Made by a program: the position numbers and the translations under genes
Shown: in pieces, positions 41,601-49,213 of the stretch
How positions within the stretch are numbered: the first letter of the stretch is position 1
Layout: every line of letters begins with the position of its first letter
The notes under the pieces: model-generated
What the model was told of the DNA's origin: nothing
The model's database searches: none
The model's input: the letters and a program-made list of their open reading frames with translations, nothing else
Origin: a virus
Length of the DNA: 64,000 nt
Virus record (IMG/VR): IMGVR_UViG_3300012346_000329
Location: 10,008 to 74,007 of that record
Direction: 5' to 3' (one strand)

Positions 41601-44600
41601 CCATCAGGATTTACTATTTCTCCAGATTTATTCTTTTGAGAAGTAAATTCTTTAGGGGCATTTACTAATACTTTAGTTCCTGTAGCAAATTCAGGATCTT
41701 TTCTAACTAATCCATTTAAAAAATCTCTCATAGTTCCTCCTCTTTGCACTGTTAAAGTAGCTTGAGGATTAGATTCTTGAACAGATATTCTAGTCTCAGA
41801 TGAAGCTAACATACCTGCTTTACCTTCTGCAGGTTTTTCTATAGAAATTTTAGTAAGACCTTTAGCTATTGCATTTCTAAGTCTTCTTGTTCCTTCTTTA
41901 TATTTTTCAATGTGTTCTACCCATTCTTCACTAGGCTCACTAGCAGTACTTTCATCTTTAGGATTTGGATTAGGTATGCTGTTTGGAGTATACCAATCTA
42001 AAGTATGAATATAAGCTAACCTTTTTCCTGAAGCATCTGTTATAAAAGTAGGCACAATATCTTTAAAGCTCTCAGAGTTTCTAAAAGAAGCTGGTTGAGA
42101 TTTCATAAAATCAGCAAAAGAAATAACAGTTTTAGTTCCAGCAGGAATCACCTTACCATTAGGTAAAGTCATTTCTGTTTCTGAAGTAATCTCTTGATAA
42201 ATAATATTATCCCAGTCTTCTTCTTTAGCTACTTCAATGTTAAATTCATTACCTGTAAGATACTTATCAGGATGCAATAAATCTCTAAAGTCAGGTCTAA
42301 TAAATCTATCATTTTGAGATACATTTAATTGAGCTTTCTCTGTAGTTCTCTTAGCTAATCTTTCTACTCCTTTTTCATCTGTATAAGTGTACCACTCATA
42401 AGGTAAAGCATTAAATCCTAAGAAAGGAGTAAAGTAAAAATCAGTATCTTCTTTAACTACTGTAGTCCCTTCTGTTACTCCATTTAAAGCTAAGTTATAT
42501 GCTTCCCAAAAATCCACACCTAGTTCTGTCAATTCTAATACTTTAGCTGACAAAGGATGTTTACCTGAAAGAACTTCTTGTTCTAAATCTTTTAATTTTT
42601 TCTCTTCTAATTCCTCTAAATTTAAAGGGGCTTCTTGAATTTCTTTAGAAGTTAATTCTACTACAGGTTCAACTGTCTCTTTAACTTCTGTAACTTTTTC
42701 ATTTACTTCTTCACTTAAAGTATCATATTCAGTAGCAGGAGTCAACTCATTTTCTGTAACTACATTTTCAAAAATACTATGTAATCCAGATAATACTTCA
42801 GGAGCAAATTTAGCCTTAGCCATTCTATTTACTTGTTGAGCCTGAGCATCAGTAATAGGTAATCCTAACTTTTTCCAAGCTCTTATATAACCTCCCACAG
42901 TAAGACTTAAATGATTTGATTCTTTAGGAGTAAGTACATTTAATATTTCTTCTAAAACATAAACTATATCTTTAACTTCATAGTCAAGAGCCTCTCTTAT
43001 TTTAGGTAAAATATGATTAAGAACTTGCACATAAATCTCAGTGTTTTCTGCTTTAATTCTTTCTGTTTCTTCTGAGTTATCATCCCCAGTCAACTCAATA
43101 GATAAATCAGGAATTTCTTCTTGATTAGCAGCTTTAGGAATACCTGTATCTTCCTCATCATCTAATAAAGAATCTTGAGAAACAGTAATAGTACCTGTAA
43201 TAGGTTCTGGAGTAGCTGAAGTTACAAGTCCTGAGACTACTTCTTGAGTATCTACAAAACTGTCTGCATCTACAATTACTATTGGAGCTTCTTCAGTCTC
43301 TTCAGTGTCTTCTTCAGATTTAACTTCTAAGTTTTGCTGCATTAATTTTTCTAAAGCTTCTCTTTGTTTAGCTTCTTTATCTTGTTTAGATAAAAAAGCT
43401 TCTACTAAGTTTTTACTTTTAAGTTTAACTTCAGCCATTTGCTGTTTAGTTAATCTATTTTCTGCTACATATTTTTCAGAAAGTTTATCTAAAATTTCAT
43501 TGTATAACTTAGGAGTAAAGATTACTTTTCTATCTTCATTAAATGTTACATCAGTAATACCTAGGTCTGATAAATCTTCTACTTTACCTTGATATAAATC
43601 ATTAAACTTACTAATAAATTCTTCATTAAAAGCATCTCTTTCTACAAGATGAGCAGGAGGATTTAAAGTTTCTGCTATTGCTAAGTCTAAAGAATTTAAA
43701 GAGTCTGTTAAACCTTCTTCTCTAAGAAAAGAAGAGGTGTATCCAATGAATCCTTTTAATCCTAATGTGTTAGCTTTTTCAATGATAGGATCAAATTTAT
43801 TTTTGTCAATTAAAGTACCTGTAATAAAAGCCTGTGTAGCCTCTGCTTTATCTAACCCAGAATTAGAAAAGTATTGGTCAAACATAGTTTCAAACTCTCT
43901 TATAGCACCTTCTGCTATAGAAGTTCTTTGATTTAAGATTACTTCTTTAGCTTTTTTAGCTGAAAGTTGTTTAGCTTTTAAAGCTATAGCTAATTGTAAA
44001 TTACCTTTTGTTGCTTTATTATCCTCTTTAAATCTTATGACCTCATCAATAGTTTCACTTAAATTAGTAATTCTTTGTTTTTGGTCTGCTTTAATTTCTC
44101 TATTACTATCTTTTAAAACTTTAGATAAAGCACCTTGTAAATCTTTTTCATTGCCAGTAAGAATAGCATTCATTAAAGTGCTACTATCCATAGTAGCTTC
44201 TAAAGCTTCTGCTTCTGCTACTCTACCAGTTTGTCTTAACATAAAAGACTCTCTAATTCTAGCATCATCATTACTATTAGTAGTATCTAATAAATCTAGA
44301 ATTTTATTTAAGTCTTCATCTGTATTAGCTCCTTTTAAAGAGTCTATGGCTCTTCTTATCCCTGCACTCTTATCTAAATACCTTCTTGTATTAGAGTAAG
44401 CATCATGCTTTTTATTTATTTTTTTACTTAGTCCCAAACCTGTAAGACTAGCATTTTTTTGAATGTTTTCTTTTCTTTCTGTTAAGTTCTTAATAGATAG
44501 TAGAGTATCAGAATCTCCAGGATTTTGTTCTAAAAAAGAATTTAATTTTTCTATTTCTTTTTCAATGTTCTGAAGTTTTCTGTCATAAAGATTACCATAA

Positions 44601-46957
44601 AGTCTCTTAGTCATAGTAGCTCCAGCTCCTCCTGCTTTCATTGTTCCATTAAGCAATAAGGTCTGAGCAGAAACTTCTCCTAAGAAGTCCATAGTAAGAG
44701 CTTCTTTTATCTCTGTAGCATCCCAATCAACTAAAGAGTTAGATGCTGCAGCAGCATACTCTTCTATAATCTCTTCAGGTACACTTTGTATAATATCTTG
44801 TTTTACTCCAAAGTATTTACCTGTAGCAAAATCATAATCTCTTTTAAGTCTTCCTACTTTACTTGTAGCATACCATTTTTGAAGATTATCTATTTTTCCT
44901 GAAGCACTCACTAAAACTTTATTAGCAAAAGGTACTTTTTCAGCTATATAATTTGTTGCTCCTCCTGCTTTGCCACCTAGATATTTTAAAACTTTTCCAG
45001 TATATACTTCTGTACCTGTCTCAATAATATTAGAAGTTATCCCTCTTAAATGGATATAAGCTTTAGAGTTTACTTCATAAGCTTTTAATTTATCTTCTAG
45101 AGATTCTACTGCTACTGTTTCTCCTTTATCATTTACATAAGTTTCATTTTCAGTATAACCTAGACTACCACTTAAGTATCTCAATAAGTTTTTACCTTCT
45201 TCATCTAAAGAAGCTTCTTGAGTTTTTAAATGGTCATAAACTTTAGTAAAAGCTTCTCTATCTTTTTCAGTTTCTTTTTTAACCAAAGCATAAGCCCCTT
45301 CTCTACTGAATACAGCTTTTGCATTACCCTCTTTATCATCAATACTCTTATACTTAGAATATCTAGGTCCAGTTAATTCAGCAGGGTTAATGTAAGTTAT
45401 AGCTGTACCTTGTCCAACAACATTAGATAAAGTTTTTCCTCTACCTATTACCATTTCTGCAGTTTTAGCAGACATTCCTTTATTAGTCAAAGTTCTTGCT
45501 AAGAATCCTCCTTCAGTAGCTGTAGCAGTTCTAAGTGCAGGAACTGCACCTTTCAATCCATATCCAATTAACTTTCCAACTCCTCTAGTTGCAAGTAAAC
45601 TTACAATAAAGTCTGCTGATGCTCCTGTATTTTTTACAGTTTTATAACTATAGCTTAAATGATCTTCTGCTACAGAGTCTGAAATAAGTTTAGAGTATTT
45701 AGTTTCTATGGCTAATTTTTCCATAGGATCTAAAGTATTATATACTTCTAAGAAATCTTCTTCTTTAAGAAGAGACATATCTTTTACCTTTTTCTCTTTA
45801 GCTTTAGTAGCTAATTTTTCATTTAGATTCTCTTCTGCATCTTGGCCCCAAAAGAAGTCATATTGATTACTTCTAACATTTTCAAGAAAAGAGATAGTAC
45901 CTTTTGGATTTATAGTAGTCTTACCAAAAATTTCTGTTGCATAGTTATCTAATCCACTTTTCTTTTCAATAGCAGCATCTATATTTTCAATGGTTCTTTC
46001 TATCCTATTTTTTAAAAAAGTGTGATTAATTTTTTCTGAACTAAAAGTAGAAAGATTAAAAGCTTGCTCACTAGGAAGAGTTTTTTCAAGTCTTTCTAAA
46101 AACTTTTCCTGTTTTAGTTTTTCACCTAATAAAATAGAGTTATCTACTTTTTCAGATAACTTTTTACCTTCATAATATTCTTTCTTGTTAATATACTCAG
46201 GATGGCTTTCAGGTAAACTTGCTCTTTTAGATACTTCTTTTTCTTCATCTACATTTGAGTTAACTAAGTTAGTGTAAGTTTCTGAAGTCCAGTTAGCAAA
46301 CTCTGCAGCTAAATTTGAAACAAAAGGAGCAACAAATCCTCCTGGTGAAAGAGCATTTAAAGTAAACCCCATATCTTTTACAATAGGAGTATAGGTAGTT
46401 TTTTTCTCTAAGAATTTTTCTTTTTGTTTCTTAGTGTAGTCTATTTTCTTTTGAGTTTCAGGGTTATTTTTTAAATTATACCCTACTTTAGAAGCTTCCT
46501 CTGTTAATAAATTTTCTTGTTCTATTAAAGCCTTATACTGAGCTCTTTGTTCTGGAGTAGAATCTACAGAAAGTAGAGAACTTAAATCTGTAGTTGTATT
46601 ACCTAACATGTCTTTAGTGCCAGGAACTACTTTTTTAGTTTGCTTTAATAACTCAGCTTTTTGCTTAGCTATGGCTGCCTTTTTATCTTCTAACTCTTGA
46701 TGGGTTTTTTCTTGAATTTCTTTAGCCTCTAAATTAATTTTTTGTTGAGCTTGAAGTTTTAACTGTTCTTGCTTTCTTAAAAAATCTTTTAAGTATTGTT
46801 TTTCTCCTGTGGTATTTATACTTTGGTCTGCAGCTTCTGCTCCTTTAGAAACAAACTCTGGACTTGCAACTTCATCCCAAGATAAGGCCATTACTTTATT
46901 AGAGTCTAACTTTAAAGTATTATTTTTAAGTAACTCATTTAATTTTTGTTTTCCCAT
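32678..46957 (-). CDS. Giant virion-packaged RNA polymerase polyprotein (4759 aa) with C-terminal zincin motif
   Basis: Two-barrel RNAP catalytic motif KGLDFDIDK (36449-36463) preceded by FRTPTS. HEVVH zincin motif at 33377-33391. Confidence 0.88.
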   Translation of the reverse strand: MGKQKLNELLKNNTLKLDSNKVMALSWDEVASPEFVSKGAEAADQSINTTGEKQYLKDFLRKQEQLKLQAQQKINLEAKEIQEKTHQELEDKKAAIAKQKAELLKQTKKVVPGTKDMLGNTTTDLSSLLSVDSTPEQRAQYKALIEQENLLTEEASKVGYNLKNNPETQKKIDYTKKQKEKFLEKKTTYTPIVKDMGFTLNALSPGGFVAPFVSNLAAEFANWTSETYTNLVNSNVDEEKEVSKRASLPESHPEYINKKEYYEGKKLSEKVDNSILLGEKLKQEKFLERLEKTLPSEQAFNLSTFSSEKINHTFLKNRIERTIENIDAAIEKKSGLDNYATEIFGKTTINPKGTISFLENVRSNQYDFFWGQDAEENLNEKLATKAKEKKVKDMSLLKEEDFLEVYNTLDPMEKLAIETKYSKLISDSVAEDHLSYSYKTVKNTGASADFIVSLLATRGVGKLIGYGLKGAVPALRTATATEGGFLARTLTNKGMSAKTAEMVIGRGKTLSNVVGQGTAITYINPAELTGPRYSKYKSIDDKEGNAKAVFSREGAYALVKKETEKDREAFTKVYDHLKTQEASLDEEGKNLLRYLSGSLGYTENETYVNDKGETVAVESLEDKLKAYEVNSKAYIHLRGITSNIIETGTEVYTGKVLKYLGGKAGGATNYIAEKVPFANKVLVSASGKIDNLQKWYATSKVGRLKRDYDFATGKYFGVKQDIIQSVPEEIIEEYAAAASNSLVDWDATEIKEALTMDFLGEVSAQTLLLNGTMKAGGAGATMTKRLYGNLYDRKLQNIEKEIEKLNSFLEQNPGDSDTLLSIKNLTERKENIQKNASLTGLGLSKKINKKHDAYSNTRRYLDKSAGIRRAIDSLKGANTDEDLNKILDLLDTTNSNDDARIRESFMLRQTGRVAEAEALEATMDSSTLMNAILTGNEKDLQGALSKVLKDSNREIKADQKQRITNLSETIDEVIRFKEDNKATKGNLQLAIALKAKQLSAKKAKEVILNQRTSIAEGAIREFETMFDQYFSNSGLDKAEATQAFITGTLIDKNKFDPIIEKANTLGLKGFIGYTSSFLREEGLTDSLNSLDLAIAETLNPPAHLVERDAFNEEFISKFNDLYQGKVEDLSDLGITDVTFNEDRKVIFTPKLYNEILDKLSEKYVAENRLTKQQMAEVKLKSKNLVEAFLSKQDKEAKQREALEKLMQQNLEVKSEEDTEETEEAPIVIVDADSFVDTQEVVSGLVTSATPEPITGTITVSQDSLLDDEEDTGIPKAANQEEIPDLSIELTGDDNSEETERIKAENTEIYVQVLNHILPKIREALDYEVKDIVYVLEEILNVLTPKESNHLSLTVGGYIRAWKKLGLPITDAQAQQVNRMAKAKFAPEVLSGLHSIFENVVTENELTPATEYDTLSEEVNEKVTEVKETVEPVVELTSKEIQEAPLNLEELEEKKLKDLEQEVLSGKHPLSAKVLELTELGVDFWEAYNLALNGVTEGTTVVKEDTDFYFTPFLGFNALPYEWYTYTDEKGVERLAKRTTEKAQLNVSQNDRFIRPDFRDLLHPDKYLTGNEFNIEVAKEEDWDNIIYQEITSETEMTLPNGKVIPAGTKTVISFADFMKSQPASFRNSESFKDIVPTFITDASGKRLAYIHTLDWYTPNSIPNPNPKDESTASEPSEEWVEHIEKYKEGTRRLRNAIAKGLTKISIEKPAEGKAGMLASSETRISVQESNPQATLTVQRGGTMRDFLNGLVRKDPEFATGTKVLVNAPKEFTSQKNKSGEIVNPDGHTWAIYRVGSKPHPTKPGAIVKTYRAIRLGRNIDESQIENARWAIAAHKILNGKSSKPGYELTIEEAKQIAQGINTALSIDISKFEDLGSFIRMFFKIEKSFIQEYQNKVNEKKEKEGKEKVKYDVRSTAPYLEYLFEKDISSIELLGGLNDRADKKPVISQHTNDEMLLAKGLGAVPKINPKGSKIVESYTNAEGKPLTYEEYLKETLYTNYKAFDMDTTGKAPAYSLTVQPKILIHYNNEDIDGNKAIVSSTEVSLQEKIEQATKESLQEIEETPKALTEEDKAKGVAEIEDLLKKYKIDFNLFLESDDSVGSLEELKKLYDLTADLSVNQQKVILGQIVAEINSLLGFKAKINSKSVTKIKNEVKATLNLKLRERLAKLEEAQTFLTSNSINTPEGVAMVKAIEDSIKNIMDIQKEYNSLFDRAFKDALLETRVTEVEDQKDTEEGDLEKEKNFSKESVEEKLKDKASSQIRMMMHSIPMFNDAGEIVTGYLDLPSYMSLNDTYNLVLRTVSANIDTKADFNQIMDKLSKSEHPAIKMIIARLEGADQQVKNQFVYNITAHALSSKFVMYENKKGKVSLKLYDTNSSQINRQIKQKWIENSRFTELYQEDGSFNTVYAQKLINEFESFGVNPAEASEEKLRAWLGKLGIVLHNKTWEKLYTQGYKKGDTVTSFYTLVTHKKLGLYPNLITFLKNGIADTEENYRANTPNDILSNIGGISNTIALIEADYNPELISLSYQDNGKSIFTLTPPKYITERITSLITRVTDPETGVSRVSDLVLDLLEVSYNKNSMLLQVLNENPELSELLAVHHVSLGAIKDKDKKDSQGKITELSALDYDMFALGGLQDRRVQNFSTKQMYGGIPLRIANMLSSTKSDKDTGLFMTVPVFDLLKDANYSFYKDENGELKMTDKLSNALIDLVVRPELERIINFNQNVKKTGIKNYDTPARLFHFIPALNSLQIKGRNLADYLNSEEAATENADQILKLIEVEVKDRLQRVITSEANAKTEAWKELGLVTKGKSKDLQNKIFNEEYFTEKGIDKNPVKDFDLGVMDFVINSFVFQAEYSKVFSGDIAQFSQDKVWKKAIEKASNRDKVEHTAFTLSTEDYVKINKEIGTNLGKRLAYEVAPGKQGAVTEENRFYNQIFLQDSVDIAENTLDLIEMYEGLAARNKSKKTVLKYKALKKALGELEDKTSLSEKEMVEMQVIADEIEKIRESLSKSFPSLADYFNIESTDAQEYTTVTEHLQILNSMGRVTKEQYNRIITALASNSSLEEADLKIVMQPIKPMHGGSYVMKEADVERVIYIKSSSFPLIPELTRGTSLDKLRVAMEKLEVETGRFTRASYQSANKVGASVNPINPTDALSLETLFNYKDNANTDPSSPMLVLDRNNFRIQQDVPFKSGKAKMDTVSMGTQIFKMLFSNGVVSAKNTFMYKGKEIDGQKLYEIYESTFSKIIDYETNKLYKDLGLDAQGKVVDQKMFMTKLRDVLEEEAIGRGYSLREIRNLQLVELMDINSKESYHDFKTPLWLSSNSNKYEALLNSIITNRIMQFKMPGNSFIAGSENGFRFSESMSSLSSAEQSKTIYLSGWNGQELQGTHFTEEGGSPVFTSAQVMVTSKIKGANNKLIDLFEGYNSKTGDVSKAKYVKRNENGTLGLKEEMLDKELLKMFSFRTPTSSHISGSSIEIVGILPPSCGDLMLVPKNFTKQKGLDFDIDKEGAYSFNHYLNEKGEIKILDEQYLEEVRSGDIRVSLINTPDFDAAQYYQSRRTWFSDRRKELKAIKTLKNAVRNRRIIQSEIEDLNFILSVKGKNKITDEETIAELELLIDQAQEDLEIVEEVIVDIEKTSRLNSNFNSAQYEAERERLTQEYEVIHSDLEKIYFQEIENQHVKLIEKKIAQNDFTRVYLSVYDSPTKEVQKKLNSILSMEVASDQATQLASWKEEGVKNKFILKQKQEGKNSQEAEMAYKEYLENFTMLSYSYQKSKMDLGAIGKKAIGVYATAATFAALIQTKHPNGMNMETFTIGNMSSSKLGAVNSLSKKYQRTLSDILGERINTATDNEKEQILGRVGVDDMTIGTDSFLALAGFDLGESGNSISYMLLSQPAVVEFNRKIKESKGIIGKWIDEKKLISEMIEKLTENESEKLSYVKNPDKGTWHFIETSSLGLRKELKRGSEVLTEQVLEQGIKKGEVSGKEQAHALMTYIQARDLANRLTPMVSALNTNSLGKSIPEAMLKHAKMGRAMFSQKPLFEGFINLIGEEVYSPEEGFPFEVTNAEGLTEVHYVKPTTPQGKIAATGLHLGKTLFENLFVYNDADIKEVMNQILAMQEIDEDRVAPEDLEFIVQEFKKFLFSNPKLTGNFEDASLKRYELVQDTAQNESLAKYVHSLFKNTDVKYAKGIEAIKNNPLVGKRLMYKVGKGEEEISTITFNNSSTDSLSDEELYLSLPSLMLDNLPLPNRNGKPYTTQDLVQDLVIYAFLEGGIQKATQFIKFIPIELQAEIGKVNPKTGAFISINDQLQNYNPRRIPISMKKDVFGINELGGFVSFFFQNNPTEAPRISYEDATLDVSETSQSLTLSPERRAISTPKIVHFIDRNKNLYLLKHVGAGNYVGMDYNKLSKSTSQYSKGGSFESVKGQQLKERVVEGLFKDVTHDFKIQEKMTLEEALDQIASIPLNKNREYLSQLAALFKLNIDADKTFSAKAIGSRGKAVSGNVIMDLNYLLSKNTSNELIAETIVHEVVHSLTVKELDKYFHFNRTTNSYELVPEYATGEFPLPTHVTQLNGTYKAFLNSSLIDVKRLETLKEYMKKIKDSAVAGENVAAYTKELEKMFTPEEFKIYYAAINIKEFMATLFESAEFRQQLDAIEYKGSGQSILEKIADALIKILNSVFPGLRDNYLAKEALLASFRFMEVERKFSVEKDNSVSLTNKDLDSKYDSSFSLDKDRKIPDSALEISQEEWDSLTEEEKQRIKDCI

Positions 46958-46965
46958 TTTTTAGA

Positions 46966-46989
46966 AAATTTATAAAGAAATTTATAAAG
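46966..46989. repeat. Perfect tandem 12-mer AAATTTATAAAG x2
   Basis: 46966-77 and 46978-89, located between a -7 element and the vRNAP start codon. Confidence 0.7.
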
Positions 46990-46997
46990 CAAAGTTA
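46990..46997 (-). promoter_or_regulatory. Bacteroidota -7 element upstream of the vRNAP gene
   Basis: The minus strand reads TAACTTTG, 33 nt upstream of the ATG at 46957. Confidence 0.55.
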
Positions 46998-47003
46998 ATA
47001 AAA

Positions 47004-49211
47004 TTATTTTGATTGAAGCATTTTATACTCCATATAAGTACCCATCAATTCTTGATACTGTTCATTATCAGGTCTAATTGTAATTTCTCCCTGTCTATTA
47101 GAAGGTTTATGATAAAGAACTCCATTCTTTAATGTCATCTTTTCTCCATTACCTAAATCTACATTTCCATCTAAATTACCTGTTCCTCCAAACTGAGTTA
47201 CATATTTGTTTCCTTTATAACTAGAAGCACTTTTTTGCAAGTAATTATTTAAAGTAGTATTAGTAGGAACATTAGGAGCATTAGTCTCATACTTTAAAGC
47301 AGTACTGTGATTCCCTACTCTCCAAGTCCCTTGATAGTAAGTGTTATTAGAACTATTTACAGCTTGTGCAGGTGCAAAAGTAGTAGGTTCAAAGTTAATA
47401 ACTTTACCACTTCCTGTCATTATATAACTAGGAACTTCTTGCCCTGCTGGAGCTGCATTCAAATCTAAGGCTCCTGTTTCAGTAGTTGTAGCAACTACTG
47501 TTGGTTTAGCATCTACTTTAACATGTCCTAAGTCTACCAGTTTTTCCCAAGTAGCTGTCCCTCCTGTATTCATAAGTCTAGTATCTATACCATAAACTTT
47601 TCCATCTTTAGTAATATAGTTTACTCCTGGTTTAATTTGCCATGTAGGTTTTTTTCCTTCTGCTCTTAATTTTGCATTTAGATTATCATAAGTTCTTTTT
47701 AACTCTCTATACATAGGGTCTTGATCCCCTACAGGAAAATTTAAAATAACATCTTGCTCTTTGCCTCCCATAACAACTTTAGTAGGTAAATTAAAATCTT
47801 TTCCAATTTGAAAAGGCATAATAAACCTATTAGCATTGGCAGTTCCTTGAATACCCTCAATCTCTTTTTTACCCAATCCTGTACCTTGAAAAGTTACATC
47901 TACTGCAGTTTTAATTTTATAAGCTTCAGTTCCAGGTTTGGCATCTGAAAAACTTGCATGCCACTCTCTAAAAGCTTCTTTTGTATCTTTCCAACCTTTT
48001 TGTTTAAGGTAAGCTTTATAATTATTTTGAGAAGAAGTTGCAATTTGATTTCTTAAAGCTGCATCTTTTAAAGCTGCTTTCTCTGCTGAGAATTTGTATA
48101 ACTCCGGATTTAAAGCTTCTAATTTATTCAGTTTTTCTATAACAGCTCCTACTGTTAAGTCTTTAGCAGAGGTAATTTTTTCTTTAGGATTAGCTTTATT
48201 CCAAATAGCTATTAAAGATTCTTTCTTAGTATCTAAATCTGTTCTTATACCTCCTACTTGAGTTTTAAAAGTAGTATAAGTATTTACAAGATTAGTTTGT
48301 ACATTTTCTGCATTGATAATAACTTGTTCTTCATTTTCTTTCTTTTTATTAAAAGCATCAGCCCACTCTAGTTTTTTAACATCCCCTGCTTCATCTTTTC
48401 TAGTGTAACTAGTTGTTACTCTTTTATATCTTTCTTTAGCTGCTTCAATAGCTGTTTTTAAAGCATCTTGAGGTAAAGCTCCTAAACCTATAGCTTGATT
48501 GTATCCTTTCATAAGTAAAGGATTTGCATTCATGTGTCCAATAATTAAATTTTCAATTCTGTCTGCAGGCCAACCTTCTTCTTTTCCTCCTCTAGTTACT
48601 TTCCATTGTCCATTCTCATCTACTCTAAGACTTTCAAATTCTTTTCCTGTAGCATCTTTAAAAATGTCTGCTATTACTCCAGTTAAAGGAGGAGCTGCAT
48701 ATAAGTCTTGGCCTGAAAAATAATTGTACTCTCCTGTTTCTGGGTCTTTATATTTTTTAGTATTAGCTAATTCATTAGCAAATAATGCAGATTGATGAGC
48801 ATACTTCTCAGGGTCTTTTTTATAAAGCTCTTCTATAGACTTTTGGTAATCTTCTATTTGAGCTTTTCTTTTTCCAAGAGTAGAGATATCTCCAAACTGC
48901 ATGTCTTTATTTAGGTCTCTACTCATAGACATAATATCTCCCTGTACTTTTTTATAATTCATGGGATCAACTAATACTTGGTCTACTAGATTTTGAGTTT
49001 TAGTTTCCCACTCTTGTTTTAGTCTAGCTGCATCTTCTCTGTCTATAGCATGATGAGCTATATCAAAATCTCCTAACTTAATAGCAGTTTGAATAGTGTC
49101 TCCAATAGCAGTATCTTTTGCCTTTAAAGCAGCTTGCATCTGCTCATAAGGTAATTTAAACATTGCATCATCTAAGAATGTGGCTTCTGTGCCTTTATAA
49201 AATTGTCCCAT
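47004..49211 (-). CDS. Virion ejection/cargo protein (735 aa)
   Basis: Lies between cargo genes and has a helical N-terminus (FKLPYEQMQAAL). Assignment is by synteny. Confidence 0.6.
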   Translation of the reverse strand: MGQFYKGTEATFLDDAMFKLPYEQMQAALKAKDTAIGDTIQTAIKLGDFDIAHHAIDREDAARLKQEWETKTQNLVDQVLVDPMNYKKVQGDIMSMSRDLNKDMQFGDISTLGKRKAQIEDYQKSIEELYKKDPEKYAHQSALFANELANTKKYKDPETGEYNYFSGQDLYAAPPLTGVIADIFKDATGKEFESLRVDENGQWKVTRGGKEEGWPADRIENLIIGHMNANPLLMKGYNQAIGLGALPQDALKTAIEAAKERYKRVTTSYTRKDEAGDVKKLEWADAFNKKKENEEQVIINAENVQTNLVNTYTTFKTQVGGIRTDLDTKKESLIAIWNKANPKEKITSAKDLTVGAVIEKLNKLEALNPELYKFSAEKAALKDAALRNQIATSSQNNYKAYLKQKGWKDTKEAFREWHASFSDAKPGTEAYKIKTAVDVTFQGTGLGKKEIEGIQGTANANRFIMPFQIGKDFNLPTKVVMGGKEQDVILNFPVGDQDPMYRELKRTYDNLNAKLRAEGKKPTWQIKPGVNYITKDGKVYGIDTRLMNTGGTATWEKLVDLGHVKVDAKPTVVATTTETGALDLNAAPAGQEVPSYIMTGSGKVINFEPTTFAPAQAVNSSNNTYYQGTWRVGNHSTALKYETNAPNVPTNTTLNNYLQKSASSYKGNKYVTQFGGTGNLDGNVDLGNGEKMTLKNGVLYHKPSNRQGEITIRPDNEQYQELMGTYMEYKMLQSK

Positions 49212-49213
49212 GA

